Position numbers and translations under genes: made by a program. DNA of 64,000 nt from Malacoraja senta (taxonomy: Eukaryota). The stretch lies in the NCBI GenBank assembly GCA_038087875.1, contig CM075990.1, forward strand, positions 1,552,001 through 1,616,000, read 5' to 3'. Shown piece after piece: positions 37,718 to 49,705 of this stretch (position 1 is the first letter of the stretch; every line of letters starts with the position of its first letter). The notes beneath the pieces are model-generated. The model searched no databases and was not told the origin of the DNA. It saw only the letters and a list, made by a program, of their open reading frames with translations.

Positions 37718-38232
37718 CTGACAGAAACATTCTTAGTGTGTGTGCTCCTTTCTTTCTTTATTTCTTACTCTCTATCCCATCCCGTTGTTATGACTGTGCC
37801 GTCTGTCCCGGTCAGATACACCGTTCCAGAGGTTTTCGCAATGAATTTTAAATTATTTAAGTTACCCTATTCCTGCAGCCCTGTTGCTGAATATTCTGTT
37901 TATCTTGCTCTGTGTCGCTCCCACATTCATTCGGGCCGAACTTCCGATCACACTTCAATCTAAAAGCAGCGTGCACCGACTGAGCTGCATCCGAGGATTC
38001 ACCCACACCGGGATGTTTATTTTGTCCAATCCCCATTTCCCATTAATTTACGCAACCCCGTGAATGCGATTAACTGAATATCAGATTCCTTCAGTGTTGA
38101 AGTGGCAGCAGATTCTTTGCGGAACTTATCCGGTGCCTTCACAAGTTCACTTCAAGTGCAACACATCCGTCTACCGGGTTTCACACTTGGCGACCTAACG
38201 GCTGCTGTAAACTCCAGAGCAACAAGGCGGGA

Positions 38233-40554
38233 TTCTAGACTGGGTATTGAGTAATGAGGAAGGGTTAGTTACCAGTCTTGTTGTATGGTTGAGTTCTTCA
38301 TTAGGATGGAGAGTGGCATTGTTAATTCAGAAACAACGGTTCTGAACTTAAAGAAAGGTAACTTTGGTAACTTTGAGGGTATGAGACGTGAATTGGCCAA
38401 GATTGACTGGCAATTAGTTCTAAAAGGGTTGACGGTAGATATGCAATGGAAGGCATTTAAAGACTGCATGGATGAACTACAAAAATTGTTCATCCCAGTT
38501 TGGCAAAAGAATATATCAGGGAATCCGTGGATAACAAGGGAAATCAAGGATGGTATCAAAGCAAAAGATGATGCGTACAAATTAGCCAGTAAAAGCAGCA
38601 TACCAGAGGACTGGGAGAAATTCAGAGAGCATCAGAGGAGGACAAAGGGCTTAATTAGGAAAGGGAAAATAGATTATGAAAGAAAACTGGCAGGGAACAT
38701 AAAAACTGACTGCAAAAGTTTTTATAGATATGTGAAGAGAAAGAGATTAGTTAAAACGCCTTGCAGTCAGTAACAGGTGAATTGATCATGGGGAACAAGG
38801 ATATGGCGGACCAATTGAATAACTACTTTGGTTCCGTCTTCACTAAGGAAGACATAAATAATCTGCCGGAAATAGCAGAGGACCGCGGGTCAAAGGAGAT
38901 AGAGGAACTGAGTGAAATCCAGGTTAGTCGGGAAGTGGTGTTGGGTAAATTGAATGGATTAAAGGCCGATAAATCACCAGGGCCAGATAGGCTGCATCCC
39001 AGAGTACTAAAGGAAGTAGCTCCAGAAATAGTGGATGCATTAGTGATAATTTTTCAAAAATCTTTAGATTCTGGAGTAGTTCCTGAGGATTGGAGGGTAG
39101 CAAACGTAACCCCACTTTTTAAGAAAGGAGGGAGAGAGAAAACGGGGAATTACAGACCAGTTAGTCTAACATCGGTAGTGGGGAAACTGCTAGTCAGTTA
39201 TTAAAGATGGGATAGCAGCACATATGGAAAGTGGTGAAATCATTGGACAAAGTCAGCATGGATTTACGAAAGGTAAATCATGTCTGACGAATCTTATAGA
39301 ATTTTTCGAGGATGTAACTAGTAGAGTGGATAGGGGAGAACCAGTGAATGTATTGTATCTGGACTTTCAGAAGGCTTTTGACAAGGTCCCACAAAAGAGA
39401 TTAGTATACAAATTTAAGCACACGGTATTGGGGGTTCAGTATTGATGTGGATAGAGAACTGGCTGGCAAACAGGAAGCAAAGAGTAGGAGTAAACGGGTC
39501 CTTTTCACAATGGCAGGCAGTGAATAGTGGGGTACCGCAAGGCTCGGTGCTGGGACCCCAGCTATTTAGAATTTATATTAATGATCTGGATGAGGGAATT
39601 GAAGGCAACTTCTCCAAGTTTGCGGATGACACTAAGCTGGGGGGCAGTGTTAGCTGTGAGGAGGATGCCAGGAGACTGCAATGTGACATGGATAGGCTGG
39701 GTGAGTGGGCAAATGTTTGGCAGATGCAGTATAATGTGGATAAATGTGAGGTTATCCACTTTGGTGGCAAAAACAGGAAAGTAGCCTATTATCTAAATGG
39801 TGGCCAATTAGGAAAAGGGGAGATGCAGCGAGACCTGGGTGTCATGGTACACCAGTCATTGAAAGTAGGCATGCAGGTGCAGCAGGCAGTGAAGAAAGCG
39901 AATGGTATGTAGCTTTCATAGCAAAAAGATTTGAGTATAGGAGCAGGGAGGTCCTACTGCAGTTGTACAGGGTCTTGGTGAGACCACACCTGGAGTATTG
40001 CGTACAGTTTTGGTCTCCAAATCTGAGGAAGGATATTATAGCCATAGAGGGGGTGCAGAGAAGGTTCACCGGACTGATTCCTGGGATGTCAGGACTTTCA
40101 TATGAAGAAAGACTGGATAGACTTGGCTTATACTCGCTAGAATTTAGGAGATTGAGAGGGGATCTTATAGAAACGTACAACGTTCTTATGGGGTTGGACA
40201 GGCTAGATGCAGGAAGATTGTTCCCGATGTTGGGGAAGTCCAGGACAAGGGGTCACAGCTTAAGGATAAGGGGGAAATCCTTTAAGGCCGAGATGAGAAA
40301 AAACTTTTCACACAGGGAGTGGTGAATCTCTGGAACTCTCTGCCACAGAGGGTAGTTGAGGCCAGTTCATTGGCTATATTTAAGAGGGAGTTAGATGTGG
40401 CTCCTGTGGCTAAAGGGATCAGGGGGTATGGAGAGAAGGCAGGTACGGGATACTGAGTTGGATGATCAGCCATGATTATATTGAATGGCGGCGCAGGCTC
40501 GAAGGGCCGAATGGCCTAATCCTGCACCTATTTTCTATGTATCTATTTATCTAT
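38233..40554 (+). mobile_element. CR1/HER1-type LINE, 5'-truncated, 3' end complete
   Basis: RT motifs, LVRPHLEYCVQFWSP and a tctat-repeat tail. GGGA flanks both ends. Empty paralogous sites at about 8247 and 9524. Confidence 0.93.
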
Positions 40555-40979
40555 GGGAGCAGGTAGTGACAATGTGCAGCAGCGGAGTACTGTAGCACCC
40601 TGGAAATCTGCCGGCTAAAGAGTGACGGCGATCAGCAAGACTGTTCTCCCGGCAGAGACTCGCCCGTTGCACCCCCGGAGATAGACACAAAATGAATTGA
40701 ATTGAAATGAATTGAATAAATTTTATTAGCCAAGTATGTATACATACAAAGAATTAGCCTTGTTGCTTTGTTTGCAAGTAACAACACGATATACATTAGA
40801 CAAGTAAGAATAAAAGCTGGAGTAACTCAGCAGGATAGGCTGCATCTCTGGAGAGAAAGAATGGGTGACGTTTCGGGTCGAGTCTCTTGTTCAGATTGAT
40901 GCCAGGAGAGAGCGCGATAGGCAGAAAAGGTGGAGTAACTCAGCGGGACAGACCGCATCTCTGGAAAGAGGGAATGGGT

Positions 40980-41590
40980 GACGGATACAGTAGATGAAGT
41001 TGGAGGAGGTGTAACTGAACCTCTGCCGCACCTGAAAAGACTGTCAGGGTCCTTGGACGGAGTCGAGTTTGGGGTAGGTGGGGGGGGGGGGGATTGGGAC
41101 AGGTATTGCATCTCCTGTAACTGGGAAGGGGGAGGTTTGAGTGGGAAGCGTCGAGTTGAACAGGGAGTTGCGGAGAGAACGTTCTCTGCAGAAAGGGATG
41201 GAGATGGGACCAGGGTATTGTGCAGGGAACGGTGCTGCAGAAAGCGGAAAGGGCTGGAGATGATTCTTTAGACTGCAAATCGGTGTGGAGGAGGGGAGGT
41301 GTCCCATACTCGGATGGGTGAGATTTCCTTATTCAAAGAACGTGAGTTTCCCTCTTCTCTCATAGAGGAAAGCCTCACACCGCAACGTCCCGTGGTTCTG
41401 CTCTTGCTTTCTGTTCGCCCAGTCGCAACAAGGACAGTTCCCCTGATCCTCACTTGTCACCCCACCAGCCTCGCATCCCACACATTATCCTCTGTCATTT
41501 CCGTCATCTCCTGAGAGAGCCACCACTAATCACATCTTCACATCTCCACCCCATTCCGCCTTCCCCAGGGACTGCTCCCTCCACAATTCA
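40980..41590. mobile_element. Penelope-like fragment with internal inversion
   Basis: Paralog of 9945-10490. Confidence 0.7.
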
Positions 41591-42424
41591 CGCATCTCCT
41601 ATGATTGGCTCAGAGAGGGGATTGTGGCGCGGGCTGCCTGAAATGTGAGATAGATTAATGTGAAGATGCCCTGTATTGTGTTTAACTTGTAGTAACCATC
41701 AGTTTTGTGAATAAGATTGACATAAACAAATAGTATGTTATGACTAATGAAATAATTGTAACCCATGTAGTAGATAGTATATTTTCGTATAGCTGTATCT
41801 AACAAAAAACAAATGTTATTTACAGCACAGTATACCTGTCGACTAATTCTGCTGCGAAATCAGAGAACTGGTGAGCAGTTTTTTGCACCCATCTCTCCAT
41901 GATATCATGCAATAAAATCTCGAAGCTAATCTGCGATGTCTCCGTTTTACATTTTCCATTAATTTCCCTCTAAATTATTTTCTTCCACAGGAGGCAAATT
42001 GTGCCATTGGCGATCGCCCAAAGCATGACCATAACATTTGGGACATCATTGTTCATGGGTACATGACGTAGGGGAGGTCACTCTGGAGTGGCTAGGCAGG
42101 CTGCCAAGGTATGACATGAATATCGCCAAGACTTGAGGCCCGAATTATGAGGATATGTTTAATAGGTTTGAAATGTTTTCCTGGACTAGCAAACCAGAGA
42201 GGTGAATTACCAGAGGTACATACTTTTCTGAAAGGCATATAAAGAGTAGATCGACAGTCAGTTTTCCACTATGTGGTCTGTGCAGAACTTGAGGTTAAGG
42301 GGGGTGGGGGTGGGGGACGGGAATAAATCAGTTTTGATCAAATGGCGAAGCACACTCGATGGGTCGAATCGTCTAATAATGCTCCGATGTCTTATGAATT
42401 TCTAAGGCACTATTTGGGCTGTGC

Positions 42425-45400
42425 TCAGTGTATGGGTTTCCTCATCAACTGAACCAATGACGTGATCGGACACACCAGTACGGCCTTTAACTGCTGCCTG
42501 AACCTAGACTGAGTCACCACGTAAATAAAAGTGTTCGTACAGCAGTTGAGGATGCTCAGAAAAACTCCAAACAGACCAAATATCTTTTCAGATTTCGTGT
42601 TCACAAATGCCGCTCCAGTAATCTGAATATAGATGAAATCTGCCACATGCAACAGCCACAGGAGGATGAAGCTTCCGGAGAGGGTGAAGAGTAAAATCAC
42701 CGACCTCTTCCTGCTCTCCATCTCTGGGTCACTTCGGTTTTCCCCATTGCTCTGACCCCTCAACCCCTTACGGGCCCGACTGGCCACTAAAATGCGCCGG
42801 ACTGTCAGAGTGTTGAGCAATAGGATTATAGTGAATGGGAGCAACGGAGTCACGATCTTATGGATCGTGTCAAACCCTATCCACCCGGGGTGAGTGAAAT
42901 AACTACTCTTCCCCTGACAGAAGAATGGCACATTGTCGATTATTTCCTTTGGGTTATACGCGAAATAGAAGGGGACATTTTTCAGAAAGAGCAGAACGCC
43001 AATTGTTGGAAGAACCAAAGCCGCTGTTTTTCCGGTGCAATATTTTGTTTGCAGTTTTTGACAACAAATGGCGACAAATCGATCAAAAGTGAACATGACA
43101 GTGAACCAGACAGAACAGTTTTTGGCTGTACGAGCCAATACGTTAATAATACAACACACGGGCGTGATGTCCAGGAAATTCGCCGGGAAAAGATAACGAT
43201 TGATGCGATAACAGATGACATCAATAATAATAACTAGCAGATCCGTTGCAGCCATGGCCACCAGGTAGCGAGTGGTGCAGGTGGACAGGCCGCACTTTCC
43301 ACGGGAAAGGATCACAATCGCCACGAAATTTACTGCAGAAGAAGAAGAGAACGGAAACTGGGTATCAATGCATACATATTCAATCGGTCATGACTACAGT
43401 ATCGTTTTGTAGTTTCCCAAATGAAAACCTCTAAATCACGGATCGAACCATGTTTCTGCGACAGGGATGGCGTGAGCGAACTGCGTGGAGAGAACGAGCA
43501 GTTCAGCCCTTCCACAATGTGAGTCGCAGCGTTCAATGTTTTTAAAGATGCCTCTGATAGTTGCAGATTTTACTCTATTCCCAGGGTATGGAAACTTAGC
43601 AGTTGATTAGATCCGTGGAGAGCAGCTGAGTGGGGGAGGGGGGAGGGGGGGGGCAGGCACTGCGATAAATGACAACAGAAAACTGCTCTTACTGAGCGCA
43701 ACAATAAGGTTGTCCATTTTCAGAACTTCCGCCTCTACCGGCCGGAGGTCAATTTGCATTGGCATTATTATTAGAGTTGTTGTTATTCAAGTTATAGAAT
43801 TTTTCAAATAATATTCCTAAATGGATAACGGCCGCCGATTGGGATATTGACCCAAACGAATCAACGCTCACAGACTGGTGGAAGCATCAACATAAAGCGT
43901 ATGAATTGCCCTTGAGGCCCTCATTCCTCATTGCCCTAACTATAAGATCATGGCGAAATATCTCTCAACACCACGTTTCCACTATGTCCCCCTTAGCCCT
44001 TGATGCGTTTGTGTCAGATAAAGCGATGGGGAACTTCTTTCAATATTACTCAATGACTTGGCTTCCACTGCCGATGTAGAGAGAATTTCACGGGGTCATT
44101 ACCCACTGAATGACAACTCTTTTCTCAAGCTAGTCCTGAAAGTATCATTCCACATCCAAACACTGTAGCCGTTGGTTTTTAATATCCCAAGTTAAAACAT
44201 TCTCCCTCATTCTAGCTCCAACCATCTCACACATTGCACAGTTAAAGAGAGCTTTAGTTACTCATAACATGGATGAACGAAGACTTATCGATTTAGTTCC
44301 CCAGTTCTTTAAGTGTTCAAGTACTTTCGTGCTAAGGACGCATATATTTGCAGCAACATTTATCTGCTGCTGTAATCAGCAATACTTACAGTGATGGCCA
44401 GCATGTCATTTGCTTTTGAAGATAATTGCTGCGTATGAATCATTGTTTACAGAAACTGCTGCATTATCACTATTTAAATAATTTTCTAAATTGTATTTGT
44501 CCTTTCTAGAATGGATAACGTCACGTTTCGCACTGTTACAGGGATCAGCCTGTGATCACATTTACTCGATCCGTATGCATCCTTCTGCATATCCCTCAGA
44601 ATTCGCAATTTCATTAGGATCGTCAGCGACTGAAATTTACTTTGGTTCCTTCGTACAAAATCATCAATAGAGATTGTAACCGATGTATCCTAACTGTGTT
44701 ACCCACGTTGTCACCGCCTCCCCAACTGGGTCCTCGACTTTCTGACCAACAGACCACAATCAGTGAGAATAGGGGAAAAATCATAATCTATGATAATCAT
44801 CAATACTCCGCAAGGATGCAAACGTAGCCGCAATCATTAATCTGTATTAACCCACGACTGAACAGCCAAGTACGAATGCAAATTACTTTACAAATTCGTG
44901 GAAGACGTCATATTTTTAGGCCAGATATCAAACAATGACGAGGCGGAGTTTGGGAAGAGAATTGAGAACCTCTTGACCTGGCGTAAATACAACAACGTTT
45001 CTCTCAATGTCAACAAGACAACGGAGATAATGATTAACTTCAGGAAGCGGAGCGGTACACATACCCCTGGTATACATTGGCGGCCCCGAAGTAGAAATGG
45101 TTGAAAGCTTCAAGTTGCTCGGGGTAAATATCACCTTTAAATTGACTAGCTTTATCGACGTAATGGCCAAGAGAGCACACCAACCCCTCCACTTCCTTAT
45201 AAGGCTTATGATGAAGGTCGATATGTCCCCAAAGCCTCCCACATTATCTGGAGTTGTGTACAATATTTTTTCGGGATGCATCATGGCATGGTTTGGAAAC
45301 AGCTCCATCCAAGACCGCAAGAAACTGCAGAGAATTAAGGACGCAGCCGACTAACACACAAACCAACCTCCCTTCAAATACCCCCGCTTCACGCTGCCTC

Positions 45401-46645
45401 GGAAGGGCCGCCAGTATAACCGAGAAGGGGTTTCACCCCAGTCACCCCCTTCTCTCCCCTCTCCCATCGGGCAAGAGGAACAGAAGGTGAAAACACACGC
45501 CTCCAGATACAGAGACAGTTTCTTCCCAGCTGTTATCAGGCAACTGGCCCATCCGATCAACAACGAGGGAGCGATCCTGAGCTACTCTCAAACTCGCTGG
45601 AGAGATTCTGACTATATTTAATCGGACCTCACTGGACTTTATTTTGCACTAAACATTCATCACTTTATCGTGTATCTGTACACTGCAGACGGCTCGATTA
45701 TCATCTTGTATAGTCTTTCCGTGGACTGGTTAGCATGCAACAAAAAACATTTCACTGTACTTCGGTACACGATACAATAAACTAAACTACACAAAGTGAA
45801 ATACTTCCTCGCATTAATCAACAACTTCCAAGTCTCCGTTCATGTCTGCAGTTAATCAGTATCCCGCTATTAATTTCGATAACATTCTTCATCATGGGAA
45901 ACCCGAGCAATCACTGTGTCTCTTCAATCTTACAAACCAAACCATCTACGTTTATGCCCAAGCCAATTATATTATATCAGACGTGATCACGCTCCCAGCA
46001 CAGACCCCTGCAGAATAACAGACCGACAACCAGACTAAATATGATCACCACCCATGACTTTAGACACGTTATTCCGGCATTTACCTTCCTATTGGTTTTA
46101 TCATAACCAGTATGCAGACTCTATCGTGTGGTGTGTTCTTTATTTTATTGTATGGCTGTATGGTGATCACATTACAGTGTGCCATCTGGCACATGTAACA
46201 AATAAATCTATCTTGTATACCTTGTATATCTTGTACACTCCCCAAATTGCAAGAACGTTAACATCGTTTATAAATTCTTGATCGATGTAGGCAAACGGAT
46301 CGAATAAATCCATAACTACCTGCTCGAGTGCTTCTTTGGGCATTTTGTCAAGCCTGGCTGTGCATCACGTTTTAGAGTCCTGGACAGTTTCAATCCCACA
46401 ATCTCTCGAGCTGTCTTTTAACGTGCCATTTGGCTTGAGTGCCGTGCTTTCCTTGCACAAACAATTCCCATCACTGATGTAAAGTTGTTCCAGCCCCTTG
46501 TCTTTCAAAAAAACTGGTTTATTGCTTTGCCATTTCGTTCGTCGTAATAATTTCAGAAAATAATATTCCACCACTTACCCGGAACTCCAATGAACGCAAT
46601 TATTACGTACAGTATTTTCTCGACATCGCGGTATGTGCTCAGCAT
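42425..46645 (-). CDS. GPR139/GPR142-like class A GPCR, two exons (46579-46645 and 42425-43332), 324 aa
   Basis: Exon 1 MLSTYRDVEKILYVIIAFIGVP plus a GTAAGT donor splices in phase 1 to TTCTGCAG|TAAAT and gives VNFVAIVILSRGKCGLS. Seven TM segments with LVAMAATD, FTFDRFVAIC, LLPF and NCCTNTFIY. No stops. Confidence 0.92.
44690..45790 (+). mobile_element. Degenerate Rex1/Babar LINE 3' part inside the GPCR intron
   Basis: SLNVNKTTEIMINFRK, VESFKLLGV, AKRAHQ, PLLSPLPSGKR; AATAAACTAAAC tail. Confidence 0.8.
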
Positions 46646-46722
46646 TTCTGAAGTAAAAGATGTATACAGTTATGTGGCAGGATAATTCTCCAGCAAAGTT
46701 TCAGTTGACACTTCTATAGTGT

Positions 46723-46729
46723 TTTTATA
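46723..46729 (-). promoter_or_regulatory. Candidate TATA box of the GPCR gene
   Basis: TATAAAA on the minus strand, about 80 bp upstream of the ATG. Confidence 0.5.
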
Positions 46730-47149
46730 CTGCCACGAGTCTCCACTGGGACGTGGAAATGACAACAGTTATAAATAGGCATCCATTGAACCGGGTGTAC
46801 AGATGACGACAACTGTGGGGAGCATCCGCAGGACCAGACTTTGTTTAGCTCTGACAGTGAAGTTAGAAACTCAGAAAATCGGATCACGGTGATTGGAGAA
46901 GAAATGGGATGTCATTGTTCGCACAATGCAGCTATTGTTTCAAACTCCATCACATCATCCATCCATCCCACTGTTTATCTGTTTGGGTTGTGTTTTTTAA
47001 TTTCTTTCGCTCTGCGTCTGAATTGACCACTTCTCTCCGCCGTTCTCTCTCTTGTTTCTCGGCATGAACACAGTCTTAATAGCAGGAAAACATTACGTGG
47101 ATAAGGAAGCTTAATGTTCTCGTGGATGACACTGTAGATTTATAAATGT

Positions 47150-49108
47150 AGATTCACAAAGACACACAACTCAGAAACTGGCCCTCATTCCAACTCGTCC
47201 GTTCCGATCAAGATGCCTCAAATAATCTGGTCTCTTTTGTTTCACACGTATACATCCAAACCATTCATGTCTATGCACCTATCCAAATGTCGTTTCAATG
47301 CGATATTTGTCCCTCTCTCAAATACTTCTTCTGGCAGCTCATTCCATATGCCCACCACTCAATAAAACGTTGCACTTCATATTCTCTTAAATCTTGCCGC
47401 TCTCACATTAAATTGATGCCCTCCAGTATTTGATTCCCCCACCCTGGGAAAAAAGATTCCATACTTTCACCATAACTATTTCCCTCATAATTTAATAAGA
47501 TTGCCCATCAACCTCCTGCACTTTATGGAATAAACTCCGACCGCGCAGCCCCGGGCTTGGACCTTTGTGTCCCGAAAACATCTTCGCAAATCTTGTCTGC
47601 GCTCTTTTCAGCTTCACGGCAACTTTACTCAGCTGGGTGTACAATACTGCACAAAATACAACAGGTGCGTTCCTTCAATGTCTTGTACAACTGCATCGTA
47701 AGGTTCCACTTCTGTACACAATACCCTAAATAATCGCCAATGCACCAAAATACTTTTTAACCAGCCTATCTTGTGACGGAATCATTTTCGTGAAACTATG
47801 TACTTGACGACGATAAGGATAACAAGCAGCAGTGGACGCAACACCAATCGGTCAAGGACTCCACATGTCATAGACAGAAAAGCAGTATTCCACACAAGCG
47901 AGCTGCATCACAAATTAGTTGAGGAACAGCGCCGCCCCTTACCGCAAGAGTTTGCAGAGCATTGAGAATATCGTCCAATATATCGCACAGACCCGAATCC
48001 CCACCATTGACGCCATCTATATTTCACCGTCCTGGGTAGATGCAGATACTATAATTCAGGATCCTTTCAACAGCTTGGTCATTCCCTCTTTCCCTGCTAC
48101 CGTCGCGCAGAATATACTAATGCATAAAAGCACGTAACACCAGACTCAGAACACCTTCTTCCAATCTGTTATCAGGCTTCTGAGTTGAACAGGTACTCTG
48201 GACCCGTCTTCAAGGAAGACAAAAACAATCTTCCTGATGTACTAGCGGCCAGAAGACCTGGGTGACGGAGGAACTGAAGGAAATCCACATTAGGCAAGAA
48301 ATGGTGTTGGGTAGGCTGATGGGTCTGAAGGCTGATAAATCCCAAGGGCCTGATAGTCTCATCCCAGGCTACTTGGAAGTGGCTCTAGAAATCGTGGACG
48401 CACTGGGGATCATTTTCCAATGTTCCAGAGATTCAGGATCAGTTCTTGTGGATTGGAGCGTAGCTAATGTAATCCCACTTTTTAAGAAAGGCGGGAGAGA
48501 GATAACAGGGGATTATATAGACAAAAGACAATAGCTGCAGGGGTAGGCCATTCGTTCCTTCGAGCCAGCACCGCCATTCAATTTGATCATCGCTGATCAT
48601 ACCCAATCAGTCTCCCGTTCCTGCCTTCTCCCCATATCCCCTCACTCTGCTGCCTTTAAGAGCCATATCTAGCTCTCTCTTGAAAGTATCCAGAGAACCG
48701 GCCTCCGCCGCCCTCTGAGAAAGAGAATTCCCCAGACTCATAACTCCCTGTGTGAAAAAAGTGTTTCCTCATCTCCGTTCTAAATGGCTTACCCCTTATT
48801 CTTAAACTGTGGTCCCTGGTTCTGGACTCCCACAACGCCGGGAACTGTTTCCTGCCTCTAGCTTGTCCAAACCCTTAATAATCTTATGCCTCAATAAGAT
48901 CCTCTCTCACCCTTCTAAATTCCAGAGTATACAAGCCCAGCCGCTCCATTCTCTAAGCATATGACAGTCCCGCCATCCCGGGAATTAACCTTGTTAACCT
49001 ACGCTACACTCCCTCAATAGCCAGAGTGTCCTTTCTCAAGTTAGGATACCAAAACTGCACACAATAATCCAGGTGTGGTCTCACTAGGCCCATGTACAAC
49101 TGCAGAAG
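47150..49108. mobile_element. Cluster of CR1 and Rex LINE fragments in both orientations
   Basis: Degenerate CR1 3' end on minus (47150-47800), Rex fragment (47900-48180), CR1 on plus (48183-48520) and CR1 3' end on minus (48530-49108). Confidence 0.75.
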
Positions 49109-49705
49109 GCCCCTGTGTCAACGAGAAATCGAAGCCCGGAATGGCGGTCCCAGACGTAGAGGCGATCGTTCTGGTCGACCGCGATAGCCTTTAATGGCGA
49201 CCGGCCGAAGCATTTCCCGGATACGAGCAGGGAGAACCGCATCGGCGGGCCTCTGCACCCCAGCGTTGTTGATAGTAACACCACAGGCGCTTATTGGAAT
49301 CCGCAGCGGTCGGTTGTGGTGTGGCGTTGTCGATAGGAGGTGGAACGGACCGTCGAGGCCGTCGCAGAGCTGTAGACACACGGCTGAAGGAAGCATCATC
49401 CTGTTGCTTGGCGAACCACAGCCCGTTCGCTCGCTCGGTGAGTTGCAGGGGGTCGGTGAAGTCGCTACCGGCGAGGAGCAGGCGGATGTCATCGGGCATC
49501 TGCTCGAGGAACGCCTGCACGAAGAGGACACAAGGCTGGTGACCATCCATCAGCGAAAGCATTTCACTCATCAGCACCGACGACTTGCGGTCAGCGAGGC
49601 CGTCCATGTGCAGGATCCTGGCGGCGCGATCGCGGCGGCTGAGCACTAAAGTACGAAGCAGCCGTGCCTGAAGGCTTTCCTATTTGTTATCGACAGGCGG
49701 AAGTT
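49109..49705 (-). mobile_element. Gypsy gag/protease fragment related to the 17363 element
   Basis: LSRRDRAARILHMDGL, a CYYQQRWG..RRC..PC knuckle and RFLVDTGA. Confidence 0.85.

Noticed and set aside
42425..43324. GPCR as a single-exon 299-aa ORF
   Set aside because: It begins at a GTG in the middle of TM1. A splice acceptor at 43333 and the upstream exon give a complete receptor.
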